This document shows, piece after piece, positions 1 to 8,138 of a DNA stretch of 64,000 nt. Position 1 is the stretch's first letter, and each line of letters opens with the position of its first letter. This DNA comes from Escherichia phage JES2013. Position numbers and translations under genes: made by a program. The DNA lies in sequence record KC690136; one strand, given 5' to 3'. Under the pieces are notes generated by a model. The model saw nothing but the letters and a program-made list of their open reading frames with translations. It made no database searches and was not told the origin of the DNA.

Positions 1-775
1 AGCTAATGCAGTCCTTAATTATCTCGGTATTCCGGAAGATCGGTGCGTGGGGGTACTTGGAGGCACAGGTAATTTCAGACTAGATCTTCCCATGCCGGAA
101 AGATATAAAGCCAACCGTAACAATACTCTTCGACCACTGCTGCTTGGAGATGCAAGACAGTATCTCCAAAAGCAGTATAATGCTCAAGTGATCAACGGTA
201 TCGAGGCTGATGACTGGTTAGCTATCCAGCAATTTGAAGGTTGGAACCACTACCAAAAAACAGGTAAGTTCAACAAGTTTATTATCTCTATTGATAAGGA
301 CCAAAGAACACTACCGGGGCTTGTGTTCGATCCCATGCGAAACGATAAGGGAGATTTTGTAAGGGAAACCCCTATGCTGATCGATAACGGTATGGGTAAC
401 ATCTTCATGAAGCCTAATGGAGAGGTTGGTGGTTACGGAATGCTGTTCTTCGGATACCAAATGCTGTGTGGTGACTCTGCTGACAACATCAAGCCGTATC
501 AAGGACTTATCGGTAAGGGTAAGTTCGGGGATGCCTCAGCATTCTACCTGCTGTCTCAGTGCAGCACTCCAAAGGAGATGTGGGTGGCTATTATTGATCA
601 GTACAAGAAGTGGTTCCCGAAAGGTGTTGTTAAGTATACTGATTTCAATGGTATTGATCGTAGAATTTCCGTAGGTCAGTGGATGAGTATAATTTTTGAC
701 TGTTTGTATATGAAGCGAACATTCAATGATCAAACAAAACTTGTTAACGTTCTTAGAAATGTTGGAGCAATTTGA
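1..775 (+). CDS. 5'-3' exonuclease / flap endonuclease (FEN, RNase H-like), 5'-partial
   Basis: Frame is open from window start; YKANR motif and H3TH-like GDSADNIKPYQGLIGKGK; stop TGA 773-775. Confidence 0.6.
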   Translation, partial: ANAVLNYLGIPEDRCVGVLGGTGNFRLDLPMPERYKANRNNTLRPLLLGDARQYLQKQYNAQVINGIEADDWLAIQQFEGWNHYQKTGKFNKFIISIDKDQRTLPGLVFDPMRNDKGDFVRETPMLIDNGMGNIFMKPNGEVGGYGMLFFGYQMLCGDSADNIKPYQGLIGKGKFGDASAFYLLSQCSTPKEMWVAIIDQYKKWFPKGVVKYTDFNGIDRRISVGQWMSIIFDCLYMKRTFNDQTKLVNVLRNVGAI

Positions 776-1107
776 TGACTAAAAACTCTGTAGATAGTGC
801 AATTATGGAAGCTGTTTTTGAGGATGATCATACAACAGGGGCCCTTAAAACAAAAAATACATTCGTTGTTGCCACAGGTATGTGGCGGTTGTATGAAGAT
901 GACACCATTTCATACATCCTGTACACAGATGATTACGCAGATGACCGTGTATGGTCTGCTGTTTTAAAAGAGGATTGTGAGTTGATTGAGGGCGAGCGGT
1001 TATGCATGTTCACCAGTGTGGAAACAGATGTTAAGCTTTGCTCTCTCGTCTTGTTCAAAGATAAGGCTTATGCTCCTGATGAAGGAGAGGAGGATGAGGA
1101 AGCATGA
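775..1107 (+). CDS. hypothetical acidic protein
   Basis: ATG overlaps upstream stop (TGATG); GGAG RBS; acidic C-terminus. Confidence 0.45.
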   Translation: MTKNSVDSAIMEAVFEDDHTTGALKTKNTFVVATGMWRLYEDDTISYILYTDDYADDRVWSAVLKEDCELIEGERLCMFTSVETDVKLCSLVLFKDKAYAPDEGEEDEEA

Positions 1108-1733
1108 GAGAGCGTCTATTATCCATAGACCAGTCGTTGACACACACAGCTTGCGTTGTATGGGACGATGGAAAGCCTGTTCACAAGGTTGTGTTACGAA
1201 CTCAAAGCTCATCTGCAAAAGAGAAGAAACCAGGGACGGTTTCTTTTGCAACAGCTGCTGAGCGTATTGACTGGATCTGCAAACAGGTCAGATATTATAT
1301 CCACACGCACGGCGTTGACACCGTGGTTATGGAAGGGCTTTCCTTTGGATCACGCGGGGATGCCACACGTGAACTGGCTGGGTTGTTTTACGGTCTTGAA
1401 GTTATGCTTTGGGATGCTTTGGCTGATTGTGAAAATGACGGCCTGTTTAAGGTCCACACAGTGACACCAACAACTGCCAAAAAGTTTGCTCGTAGTCATC
1501 TTCCTGAGGAACTTGCTTTTGAGGAGAAGAAAAAGCTTGACAAAAAGACAGGTAAAGAGCATACTGTGAAGAAACCTGTTACGATGGATAAAAAGTTGAT
1601 GGTTAAGGCCTGCGAAGTATCTGAACCTGGGTTCCTAGACGGGATCAATTTGGTACAAGGTAAGGCCGATCTCGCAGATGCTTATTGGATAGGCAGGGCG
1701 CATCTGGAGGGATTATCGCAAAGCGTAAAATAA
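1104..1733 (+). CDS. putative RuvC-like (RNase H-fold) nuclease
   Basis: ATGA overlap with upstream stop; purine-rich RBS; weak resemblance to RuvC-type resolvases (SIDQSLTHTACVVWD ... VVMEGLSFG). Confidence 0.35.
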   Translation: MRERLLSIDQSLTHTACVVWDDGKPVHKVVLRTQSSSAKEKKPGTVSFATAAERIDWICKQVRYYIHTHGVDTVVMEGLSFGSRGDATRELAGLFYGLEVMLWDALADCENDGLFKVHTVTPTTAKKFARSHLPEELAFEEKKKLDKKTGKEHTVKKPVTMDKKLMVKACEVSEPGFLDGINLVQGKADLADAYWIGRAHLEGLSQSVK

Positions 1734-2290
1734 GAAAGAAAGCTGTCAAAGCACCCGTTCATAACGGGTGGCTAAAAGATTCTAAGGACATAGCCAACTT
1801 TCGAAAAGAATTGTCAGAGGAGCAGGATGGTCTTGATCCGATCTTGTGCGAGCCACTTCGTAAGCCTTGTTTAGATCATGATCATCTGACTGGTCGTTGC
1901 AGGGGTGTTTTGTCTCAGTGCACTAATACCTTTGAGGGGTATGTGCTTAAATACTGGATGAAATACTGTAACGAGTATACAGATTGCAGTTTATCAGAGG
2001 CGTTGCGCCGGATGGCTGACTATTTGGAGAAAGACTACAGCGACTTCCCGCTCCACAAAAACTACAGAGATGATATGACAAAGTTCTTGAGGAGATGCTC
2101 TAAAGCTACGATCATTGCACGAGCAGAATCAGATCTCAATCTTGTCATTAATCCAGAGTGCACCAAGCATGAGGCTATTGAGCTCTACATGCAGGAGTTT
2201 ATAAAGAAAACTGAGGAGAGAGATTTCTATGGGGATGAAAAAGGTATTCAATCCTTGCGACTCAGTCCTGATCAGGATGAAATACCGTAA
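1685..2290 (+). CDS. Endonuclease VII-like junction-resolving nuclease
   Basis: CLDHDHLTGRCRGVLSQCTN matches the T4 endo VII core (LDHDH...G..RG.LC..CN); exact start uncertain. Confidence 0.6.
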   Translation: MDRQGASGGIIAKRKIRKKAVKAPVHNGWLKDSKDIANFRKELSEEQDGLDPILCEPLRKPCLDHDHLTGRCRGVLSQCTNTFEGYVLKYWMKYCNEYTDCSLSEALRRMADYLEKDYSDFPLHKNYRDDMTKFLRRCSKATIIARAESDLNLVINPECTKHEAIELYMQEFIKKTEERDFYGDEKGIQSLRLSPDQDEIP

Positions 2291-2450
2291 CTGGAAAGGT
2301 GTTGTTGCAGATCGCTGCGTTACTGAGCCCAATTTATGGTTTGGCTCTACAGAGTATCATAAAGAAGAGCAGTGGTTGATGCGTGCCTTCGATGTAGACA
2401 AGGGCGAATATCGTGACTTCGCTTTAAAAGACATTCTTCAGTTTTACTAA
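2277..2450 (+). CDS. hypothetical small protein
   Basis: Internal ATG of track ORF 2229-2450 chosen to limit overlap with upstream gene. Confidence 0.3.
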   Translation: MKYRNWKGVVADRCVTEPNLWFGSTEYHKEEQWLMRAFDVDKGEYRDFALKDILQFY

Positions 2451-2462
2451 GGAATCTTAACG

Positions 2463-3446
2463 ATGATGACAAAGTTAACTCTTGAGCAAATTTTAACACT
2501 AAAGCAACAAGGATACACTAATAGACAAATTGCTCGTGAATTTTTAGGCCGTGAGTCACGTGAGAGCTGGATCCGACTACAGCTTAAACGTGCACAAGAG
2601 AATATGTCAGAGATTGTAGGAGAAGCAACGGAGCGCTTCCTTGAAGAGCACAAAGGTGCTAAAGTTTGGGTGTATGATACAGAGACATCCCCAACAAACG
2701 GCTGGTTCTTTGGGCACTATAAGACCAACATTCAAACCTGTGGTATTGAAGTTATGCCCTATATGCTAACTTTCGCAGGTAAGTGGTTAGACAGCCCTAG
2801 TGTGGTTGACTGCGCTCTTCCAGATTACAAAATGTGGGATGAGGATATTCACAATGATCTCGAATTGATTCAGGATTTGTGGTATTATCTGGATAAATGC
2901 GATGTCGCAGTAGCCCACAATTCAGGTTTTGACTGCGGGTGGGCCAACCAACGATTTGCATTTCACGGGTTGCCTCCAACAAGCCCCTACAAAGATGTTG
3001 ACACCCTTAAAATGATCAAAAAGGCATTCCGTTTGAATGCAAACACTTTGGAGTATGCATGCAAATACTTCCAACTGGCCCGACAGAAACTTATTGATCA
3101 CACATTTGAAATGTGGATCAAGTGTGTCCATGGTGATCTTGAGGCATTTAAACAGATGCGGGAGTATAATGTTGGTGATATCCTGTCTCTGGAAGGACTG
3201 TATTTGCTGGCTCGCCCGTTTGCTAAGCAGCACCCAAACATGTCATTGTACTACCAGGACGAGGAGCCAAAGGTTCGTTGCCCACGCTGTGGTGGAGAAC
3301 ACCTTCACGAGGAAGAAGCTTTGGCATATACTCAGCTGAGTGCATTTAAAACATACCGCTGTGAAGGTTGTGGATCTGTTGTTCGTGATCGTAACAACAT
3401 CCGTACCCGAGAAGAGATGAAAAACACCCTGATTCAGATAATCTAA
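2463..3446 (+). CDS. DEDD-family 3'-5' exonuclease with C-terminal zinc ribbon
   Basis: Exo motif I YDTETS, motif II AHNSGFDCGW; C-terminal CPRCGG...CEGCGS. Confidence 0.6.
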   Translation: MMTKLTLEQILTLKQQGYTNRQIAREFLGRESRESWIRLQLKRAQENMSEIVGEATERFLEEHKGAKVWVYDTETSPTNGWFFGHYKTNIQTCGIEVMPYMLTFAGKWLDSPSVVDCALPDYKMWDEDIHNDLELIQDLWYYLDKCDVAVAHNSGFDCGWANQRFAFHGLPPTSPYKDVDTLKMIKKAFRLNANTLEYACKYFQLARQKLIDHTFEMWIKCVHGDLEAFKQMREYNVGDILSLEGLYLLARPFAKQHPNMSLYYQDEEPKVRCPRCGGEHLHEEEALAYTQLSAFKTYRCEGCGSVVRDRNNIRTREEMKNTLIQII

Positions 3447-3454
3447 CAAGTATA

Positions 3455-3482
3455 GGGAGGCGCAAGCCTCCCTTTTCCTTTT
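3455..3482 (+). terminator. intrinsic terminator (GNRA-loop hairpin + T-run)
   Basis: GGGAGGC-GCAA-GCCTCCC followed by TTTTCCTTTT, directly after exonuclease stop. Confidence 0.7.
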
Positions 3483-3491
3483 GGAGGCACT

Positions 3492-4310
3492 TTGAGTAAG
3501 AAAGAGTCCAACGACAAATATTACACAAACCCTGAGTATGCAGAATATCTTGTTGGTAAAGTAAAAGATAAGTATGGGAATTGTGCATACGTTGAGCCTT
3601 CTGCTGGAAGAGGTTCTTTTTCAAAACTATTTTCAGAGATACTGTCGTACGATTTAGTACCAGATCCTGAATTTGAAGGACCAACACCGTGCATTCAGGC
3701 AAACTTCTTGGAGGTGCACCCCAAGGCAGATGTCTTCATAGGTAACCCACCGTTTGGTAAGAATTCATCTTTAGCTTGCAAATTCTTTAACCATTGTGCA
3801 TCATTGCTAGAGCTTGGCGGGGCTATAGCCTTCATCTTGCCACGGACATTTGAAAAAATATTTTTTTCAAACAAACTGGACATGTCTATGCACCTTGTCT
3901 ACAGCGAAAGGTGCCCTAAGAACTCGTTTTTACTTAATGGCAAACCTTATGACGTGCCATGTGTTTTCCAAATTTGGGAGAAAAAGGCGTGCAATAGGGA
4001 TCCTGTAGATATTGGAGAGAATAAGTTATTTTCTTTTAGCACACCGGATGACTACGACTTCTGTGTAAGACGTGTTGGGTATAACGCTGGAAAAGTATTG
4101 GGTGATGATGATCCAAAATCTGAAGAATCTACATATTTCATAAAATCTTTAGTTGACGGTGTTGACAGAGTGTTTGCTGAATGCTATTCTTCTTTTCAAG
4201 AAGAAGCAGGTAAGACTGCTGGAATGAAGAGTATAGGCAAGAAAGAACTACAATACATTTTGGAGACCCGGTATGATCAAAAGCATAGACTTGACCAAAG
4301 AACTTACTGA
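3492..4310 (+). CDS. DNA N6-adenine methyltransferase (gamma-class-like)
   Basis: TTG start; motif I EPSAGRGSF then motif IV NPPF. Confidence 0.55.
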   Translation: MSKKESNDKYYTNPEYAEYLVGKVKDKYGNCAYVEPSAGRGSFSKLFSEILSYDLVPDPEFEGPTPCIQANFLEVHPKADVFIGNPPFGKNSSLACKFFNHCASLLELGGAIAFILPRTFEKIFFSNKLDMSMHLVYSERCPKNSFLLNGKPYDVPCVFQIWEKKACNRDPVDIGENKLFSFSTPDDYDFCVRRVGYNAGKVLGDDDPKSEESTYFIKSLVDGVDRVFAECYSSFQEEAGKTAGMKSIGKKELQYILETRYDQKHRLDQRTY

Positions 4311-4731
4311 TGCAAAAGCTTTTGGTGAGACAGCGGTACAAAGAGGCCAGGCTATGGGACTGGCACTACCTTTCGTCTTAAAAGAGCACTTTACAGATTT
4401 TCAACTTATCAAGGGTGATAAGGGAATTCTTATCCTGGAGCATAAGTTGAGTAAGAAACGCTATAAAGTTGTTTTTAATTCTAAAGCTCCAACAAAACTG
4501 GGATTCAGAACTTACAATCTTAACCCATCCTACACTAAGGGTGTAGGAAGAGTAGAACAACAGCATTTCAGTGCTAGAGCTTCTTTAGCTCCCTTGATGC
4601 TAAATTTTTCAGGGGTGGCTTTAGGATACCTTGACAAGAAAAGAGTTCTTCATGTCCGTTTCACAGACTTTGTAACGCTTTTAGCTAACAATGAGGTAGA
4701 TGAAAAGGGACGTGTAAAAACAAACTTCTAA
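4273..4731 (+). CDS. hypothetical protein
   Basis: Track ORF on coding strand; start uncertain (overlaps MTase end). Confidence 0.4.
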   Translation: MIKSIDLTKELTDAKAFGETAVQRGQAMGLALPFVLKEHFTDFQLIKGDKGILILEHKLSKKRYKVVFNSKAPTKLGFRTYNLNPSYTKGVGRVEQQHFSARASLAPLMLNFSGVALGYLDKKRVLHVRFTDFVTLLANNEVDEKGRVKTNF

Positions 4732-4746
4732 TAACGCATAGTATGA

Positions 4747-4950
4747 TTGGAGACCGCAATGACACTAAAGTTAACAGTTCCAGACAGCTTTTCAGAAAAC
4801 TTTATCCCAGAAATGATGGATAAGATGCGATCATTGCTTGATCAGATTGAAGAGGCTGTTTGGGAAGACGATGCTGTAGTGGCTAACGAGCTGGTAGATA
4901 AGTGTAAAAGTATTATTGATGCAGTTGAAGAATACCACGGAGGTTTTTGA
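4747..4950 (+). CDS. hypothetical small acidic protein
   Basis: GGAG RBS upstream; ATGA overlap with next gene. Confidence 0.45.
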   Translation: METAMTLKLTVPDSFSENFIPEMMDKMRSLLDQIEEAVWEDDAVVANELVDKCKSIIDAVEEYHGGF

Positions 4951-5564
4951 TGGATATTATTGTTCTTAACGCCCCACCTAGTAGTGGTAAGGATCACATT
5001 GCAGATCTCTTGTTGGAAGCTATTCCTAACTCACACCATCGTGAGGTTAAGGAGATGCTCTTCAGCGTGGCAATTAAGGCAGCTGGTGTAACTCCTCAAC
5101 TCTGGAATGCACTTTATGACCGCCACTACAAAGAAGAGCCTTGCCCTTTCTTAATGATAGACGGTAAGCATGTTTCTCCGCGAGAGTGGATGATCCATTG
5201 TAGTGAAAATCTGATTAAACCTATCTTTGGTGAAGATGCTTTCGGTAAGGCCGCAGTCACATCCTTGAAGAAAGATTTCCCTAAAGGTAAAGGGGTTGTT
5301 GTTTACTCCGATGGTGGATTCAAAGAGGAGCTGGCATGCCTTAGTGAGTACGCATACAGCACAGGTGGAGATCTGTTGTTGTTCCGTATTCACCGTGTTG
5401 GATATGACTGGGGAAATGATTCCAGAACCTATCTAAGTCTGGAAAAGAACGGAATAAAAGGGATTGAGTTCGATGTTGTAAATCCTGAAGGTGCACCTTG
5501 GGAATGTGCATCGGAGATTGTGTGCAAGTATATTGATGCTAAAGAGGCCCAAGAAGAATGTTAA
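4947..5564 (+). CDS. deoxynucleoside monophosphate kinase (T4 gp1-like P-loop kinase)
   Basis: N-terminal P-loop NAPPSSGKDHIAD resembles T4 dNMP kinase SGKDT. Confidence 0.45.
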   Translation: MMDIIVLNAPPSSGKDHIADLLLEAIPNSHHREVKEMLFSVAIKAAGVTPQLWNALYDRHYKEEPCPFLMIDGKHVSPREWMIHCSENLIKPIFGEDAFGKAAVTSLKKDFPKGKGVVVYSDGGFKEELACLSEYAYSTGGDLLLFRIHRVGYDWGNDSRTYLSLEKNGIKGIEFDVVNPEGAPWECASEIVCKYIDAKEAQEEC

Positions 5565-6152
5565 TCGGAATTGATGTAGATTTGACACTGGTAGATTCAG
5601 GAACAGCATGGTGGGAGTGGTTGGAGCGTTTGTATGGTCCAGCCAGTAAGACAGTCGTTAAACCTTCTAATGGGCTGATGTATTACGATCTGTCAAAGTA
5701 TTGGCCTGATCGCCCCAAAGAAAACATCATAGGACCTTTTGATTTCTGGAGTGATCCGTTCCTCTACGACTTTCTTAAGCCTGAAGAGGGGGGCTATTGA
5801 GGTTATGAAAGATTTGGTGGCTCGCGGTCACAAGCTCGCATTTATCTCGGTATGCAAGAAAGGTCACCTTGCATCTAAATCAAGGTTCTTAAAGCGTTGG
5901 ACCAGTGATTTTATGGATCTGGATGATCACACCCAGGGTCACGGCTTCTACGCCACACATTTTAAAGGAAATGTGGCTGTAGATGTTATAATTGACGACA
6001 GGCATGAATACCTGAACCAATTCGCTTCACGACCTGAAGTTATTAAAATCCTAAAAGATACGCCTTATGAGCAATTTGAGGAGTTAAAGGTCAGTGTTGA
6101 CTATACCGCTGATAGCTGGTATAAAATAGGAAAGTTTTTAGAAGGTATTTGA
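5558..6152 (+). CDS. 5'(3')-deoxyribonucleotidase (NT5C/HAD family), reading frame broken at G6 homopolymer 5788-5793
   Basis: Track ORFs 5558-5800 and 5739-6152 in different frames; DVDLT motif I in the first, K...W and DVIIDD in the second; removing one G restores LKPEEGAIEVM. Confidence 0.5.
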
Positions 6153-6153
6153 A

Positions 6154-6354
6154 ATGGGCAGATGTTCTAAAGGTGGCGATCCTGTAGTCAGATACGGTGA
6201 CTGGCTAGAGGTGTATGATCTGGGAGGTAAGCTAGTGTATGCCTCCAGGATCACCCAAGATATGTGCTCTGACATGTTTAACAGATACCTTGCATTTAAG
6301 GCCAACATAAACCCAGACGAAATTTCCAAAATTAAAACAAGGAGAGCTAAATAA
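6154..6354 (+). CDS. hypothetical small protein
   Basis: Track ORF; stop overlaps thyX start (TAATG). Confidence 0.4.
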   Translation: MGRCSKGGDPVVRYGDWLEVYDLGGKLVYASRITQDMCSDMFNRYLAFKANINPDEISKIKTRRAK

Positions 6355-7337
6355 TGCTAAAACTGTGCACTGCAAAGATTATTGCTGACAGCATTTCCGA
6401 GAAAGGTAAGCGTATCACCACTTTTGAACTAGAGTATCCTCGAATTATTCACTCAGAGCTTATGACGCACCGAGTGTTCAGCCGAAACGCCATGTCTTCC
6501 CGTGCAGTGCCTGTCGGCAAGATGCTGCAACAGATTGTGGAGAATCCGGCAATGCCAGTTCGCTTCGGTGTAAATAAGCGAGGGATGGAAGATGGTGGGG
6601 AACACGATCAAAAGATCCGTGTAGAGTACACTGACATGGAGTTAACTCCTGAAGAGTTTTGGAAAGAAGCTGCAAAAAACGCCGCTTGGCATGCAGAGAA
6701 GTTCGCCCTTGCTGGTTACCATAAGCAAGTATGTAACCGTTTAGTGGAGCCGTTTCAGCGCATGAAAACAGTTGTAACAAGCACAGAGTGGAATAATTTC
6801 TTCCATCTCCGTTGCTGGCACGATGCTGACCCTACTATTCAGATGTTAGCGAATTGCATGTGGGAGGCTCTTATGAATAGCACTCCTGAAATCCTTAAAC
6901 CTGGTCAATGGCACACACCATATGTAGAGCACGTTTATTTGGACGGCGAGTTTAACTATGCTGTACGTGACACAGAAGGAAAGCTTTGCATTCTCGATAC
7001 TGGAGAAGCTCTGTCTATTAGTGCTAGTTGCTGTGCACAAGTATCTTATCGAAATATTGACAGCACGTTTGAAAAGGCAGACAGTGTGGCTAAAAAACTA
7101 ATTGGTGGGGATCGTATTCATGCAAGCCCTTACGAGCACCAGGCAACACCTATGGATCATGATAACGCAATGGAACGTTTAAACTACTACCTGTCTTCAT
7201 GTGAAATCACACAAGACATTAGTACTTGGCAGGAAGGTGTAACCCATCAAGACCGTGATGGTAAATTCTGGTCTGCCAACTTTTGTGGGTGGGTTCAGCA
7301 CAGACAGCTGCTTAATAACCACTTCGTGAAAGGTTAA
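6354..7337 (+). CDS. thyX: flavin-dependent thymidylate synthase ThyX
   Basis: ThyX-like signature HRVFSRNAMSSRAVP; AGGAGAG RBS. Confidence 0.6.
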   Translation: MLKLCTAKIIADSISEKGKRITTFELEYPRIIHSELMTHRVFSRNAMSSRAVPVGKMLQQIVENPAMPVRFGVNKRGMEDGGEHDQKIRVEYTDMELTPEEFWKEAAKNAAWHAEKFALAGYHKQVCNRLVEPFQRMKTVVTSTEWNNFFHLRCWHDADPTIQMLANCMWEALMNSTPEILKPGQWHTPYVEHVYLDGEFNYAVRDTEGKLCILDTGEALSISASCCAQVSYRNIDSTFEKADSVAKKLIGGDRIHASPYEHQATPMDHDNAMERLNYYLSSCEITQDISTWQEGVTHQDRDGKFWSANFCGWVQHRQLLNNHFVKG

Positions 7338-7367
7338 TCCTATCACAGCGATAGGTAACTTTTGTGT

Positions 7368-7396
7368 TGACTAATAGTATCAGATAATCTATAATA
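7368..7396 (+). promoter_or_regulatory. sigma70-type promoter
   Basis: TTGACT (7368-7373), 17-nt spacer, TATAAT (7391-7396). Confidence 0.6.
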
Positions 7397-7444
7397 ATGG
7401 CTCACTTTGTTAGTGAGCCAGAAATGGAGACAGATATGAGTAAT

Positions 7445-7897
7445 GTTATGATTCCTAAAAAGACATTTATTTCAGTTACTTTGGATTTCCTATCTACCGT
7501 TCCCGGGTTTAACGTTCGCACACGAAACGGTCTCCGAGCTGCACTCTTTGCCGTAGGGTTTGATTTAAAAAGTATTGATGTTCTTCGTGGAAAAAACGTT
7601 CGATGCAAAAATAAGCCAACACATTATCGAAAGGCAGATGTATTTGCTGGTGTCATGCGTGCAGACTTTAGATACCCGCAAATGTATAACGGTGTAGATA
7701 TTTTAGATGTAGATAAAGCACCCGGTGAGGCAATGCTTGTTCAAGATCTTCCGTATGATATCCCTGTGGAGGATCGTGTTAATGTAAGAAAGTATACAAA
7801 ACAATCTGAAAAGGCTGAAGATATTCATATTGTTGATGAACCTTTCAATTTTGAAGATCTGCATCGCCTGGAAAAATTATTCGGTATTGAAAGCTAA
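7445..7897 (+). CDS. hypothetical protein
   Basis: Start moved to ATG 7445 (GGAG RBS) because the track start 7397 abuts the -10 box. Confidence 0.45.
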   Translation, partial: VMIPKKTFISVTLDFLSTVPGFNVRTRNGLRAALFAVGFDLKSIDVLRGKNVRCKNKPTHYRKADVFAGVMRADFRYPQMYNGVDILDVDKAPGEAMLVQDLPYDIPVEDRVNVRKYTKQSEKAEDIHIVDEPFNFEDLHRLEKLFGIES

Positions 7898-7907
7898 GGT
7901 GGTGAAG

Positions 7908-8138
7908 ATGAGTCATAACTCCAAGTGGAAGGATCTTGGTTTTGCAAGTCGGGCAGAGTATGTTGGTTGGCTTTGGTTCAATGGCCTGACAAACGATATT
8001 AAAATGTATGATGATGTCTATTATGACGAGTATACAGGTAAAATTATAAATATCTCTGTAGAAGAGGATACTTTTATCCAGCAAGATACTGATACCTGCC
8101 TTGATAAATACGTTAGTGAAGTGGAGGAAGCAAATTGA
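7908..8138 (+). CDS. hypothetical small protein
   Basis: AAGGTGG RBS then ATG 7908; internal start of track ORF 7830-8138. Confidence 0.45.
   Translation: MSHNSKWKDLGFASRAEYVGWLWFNGLTNDIKMYDDVYYDEYTGKIINISVEEDTFIQQDTDTCLDKYVSEVEEAN

Noticed and set aside
5788-5793. Programmed ribosomal frameshift at the G6 run in the NT5C gene
   Set aside because: There is no slippery heptamer or downstream stimulatory structure and the required shift is -1 on a G homopolymer; a sequencing indel or simple mutation is more parsimonious, but it cannot be excluded without reads.
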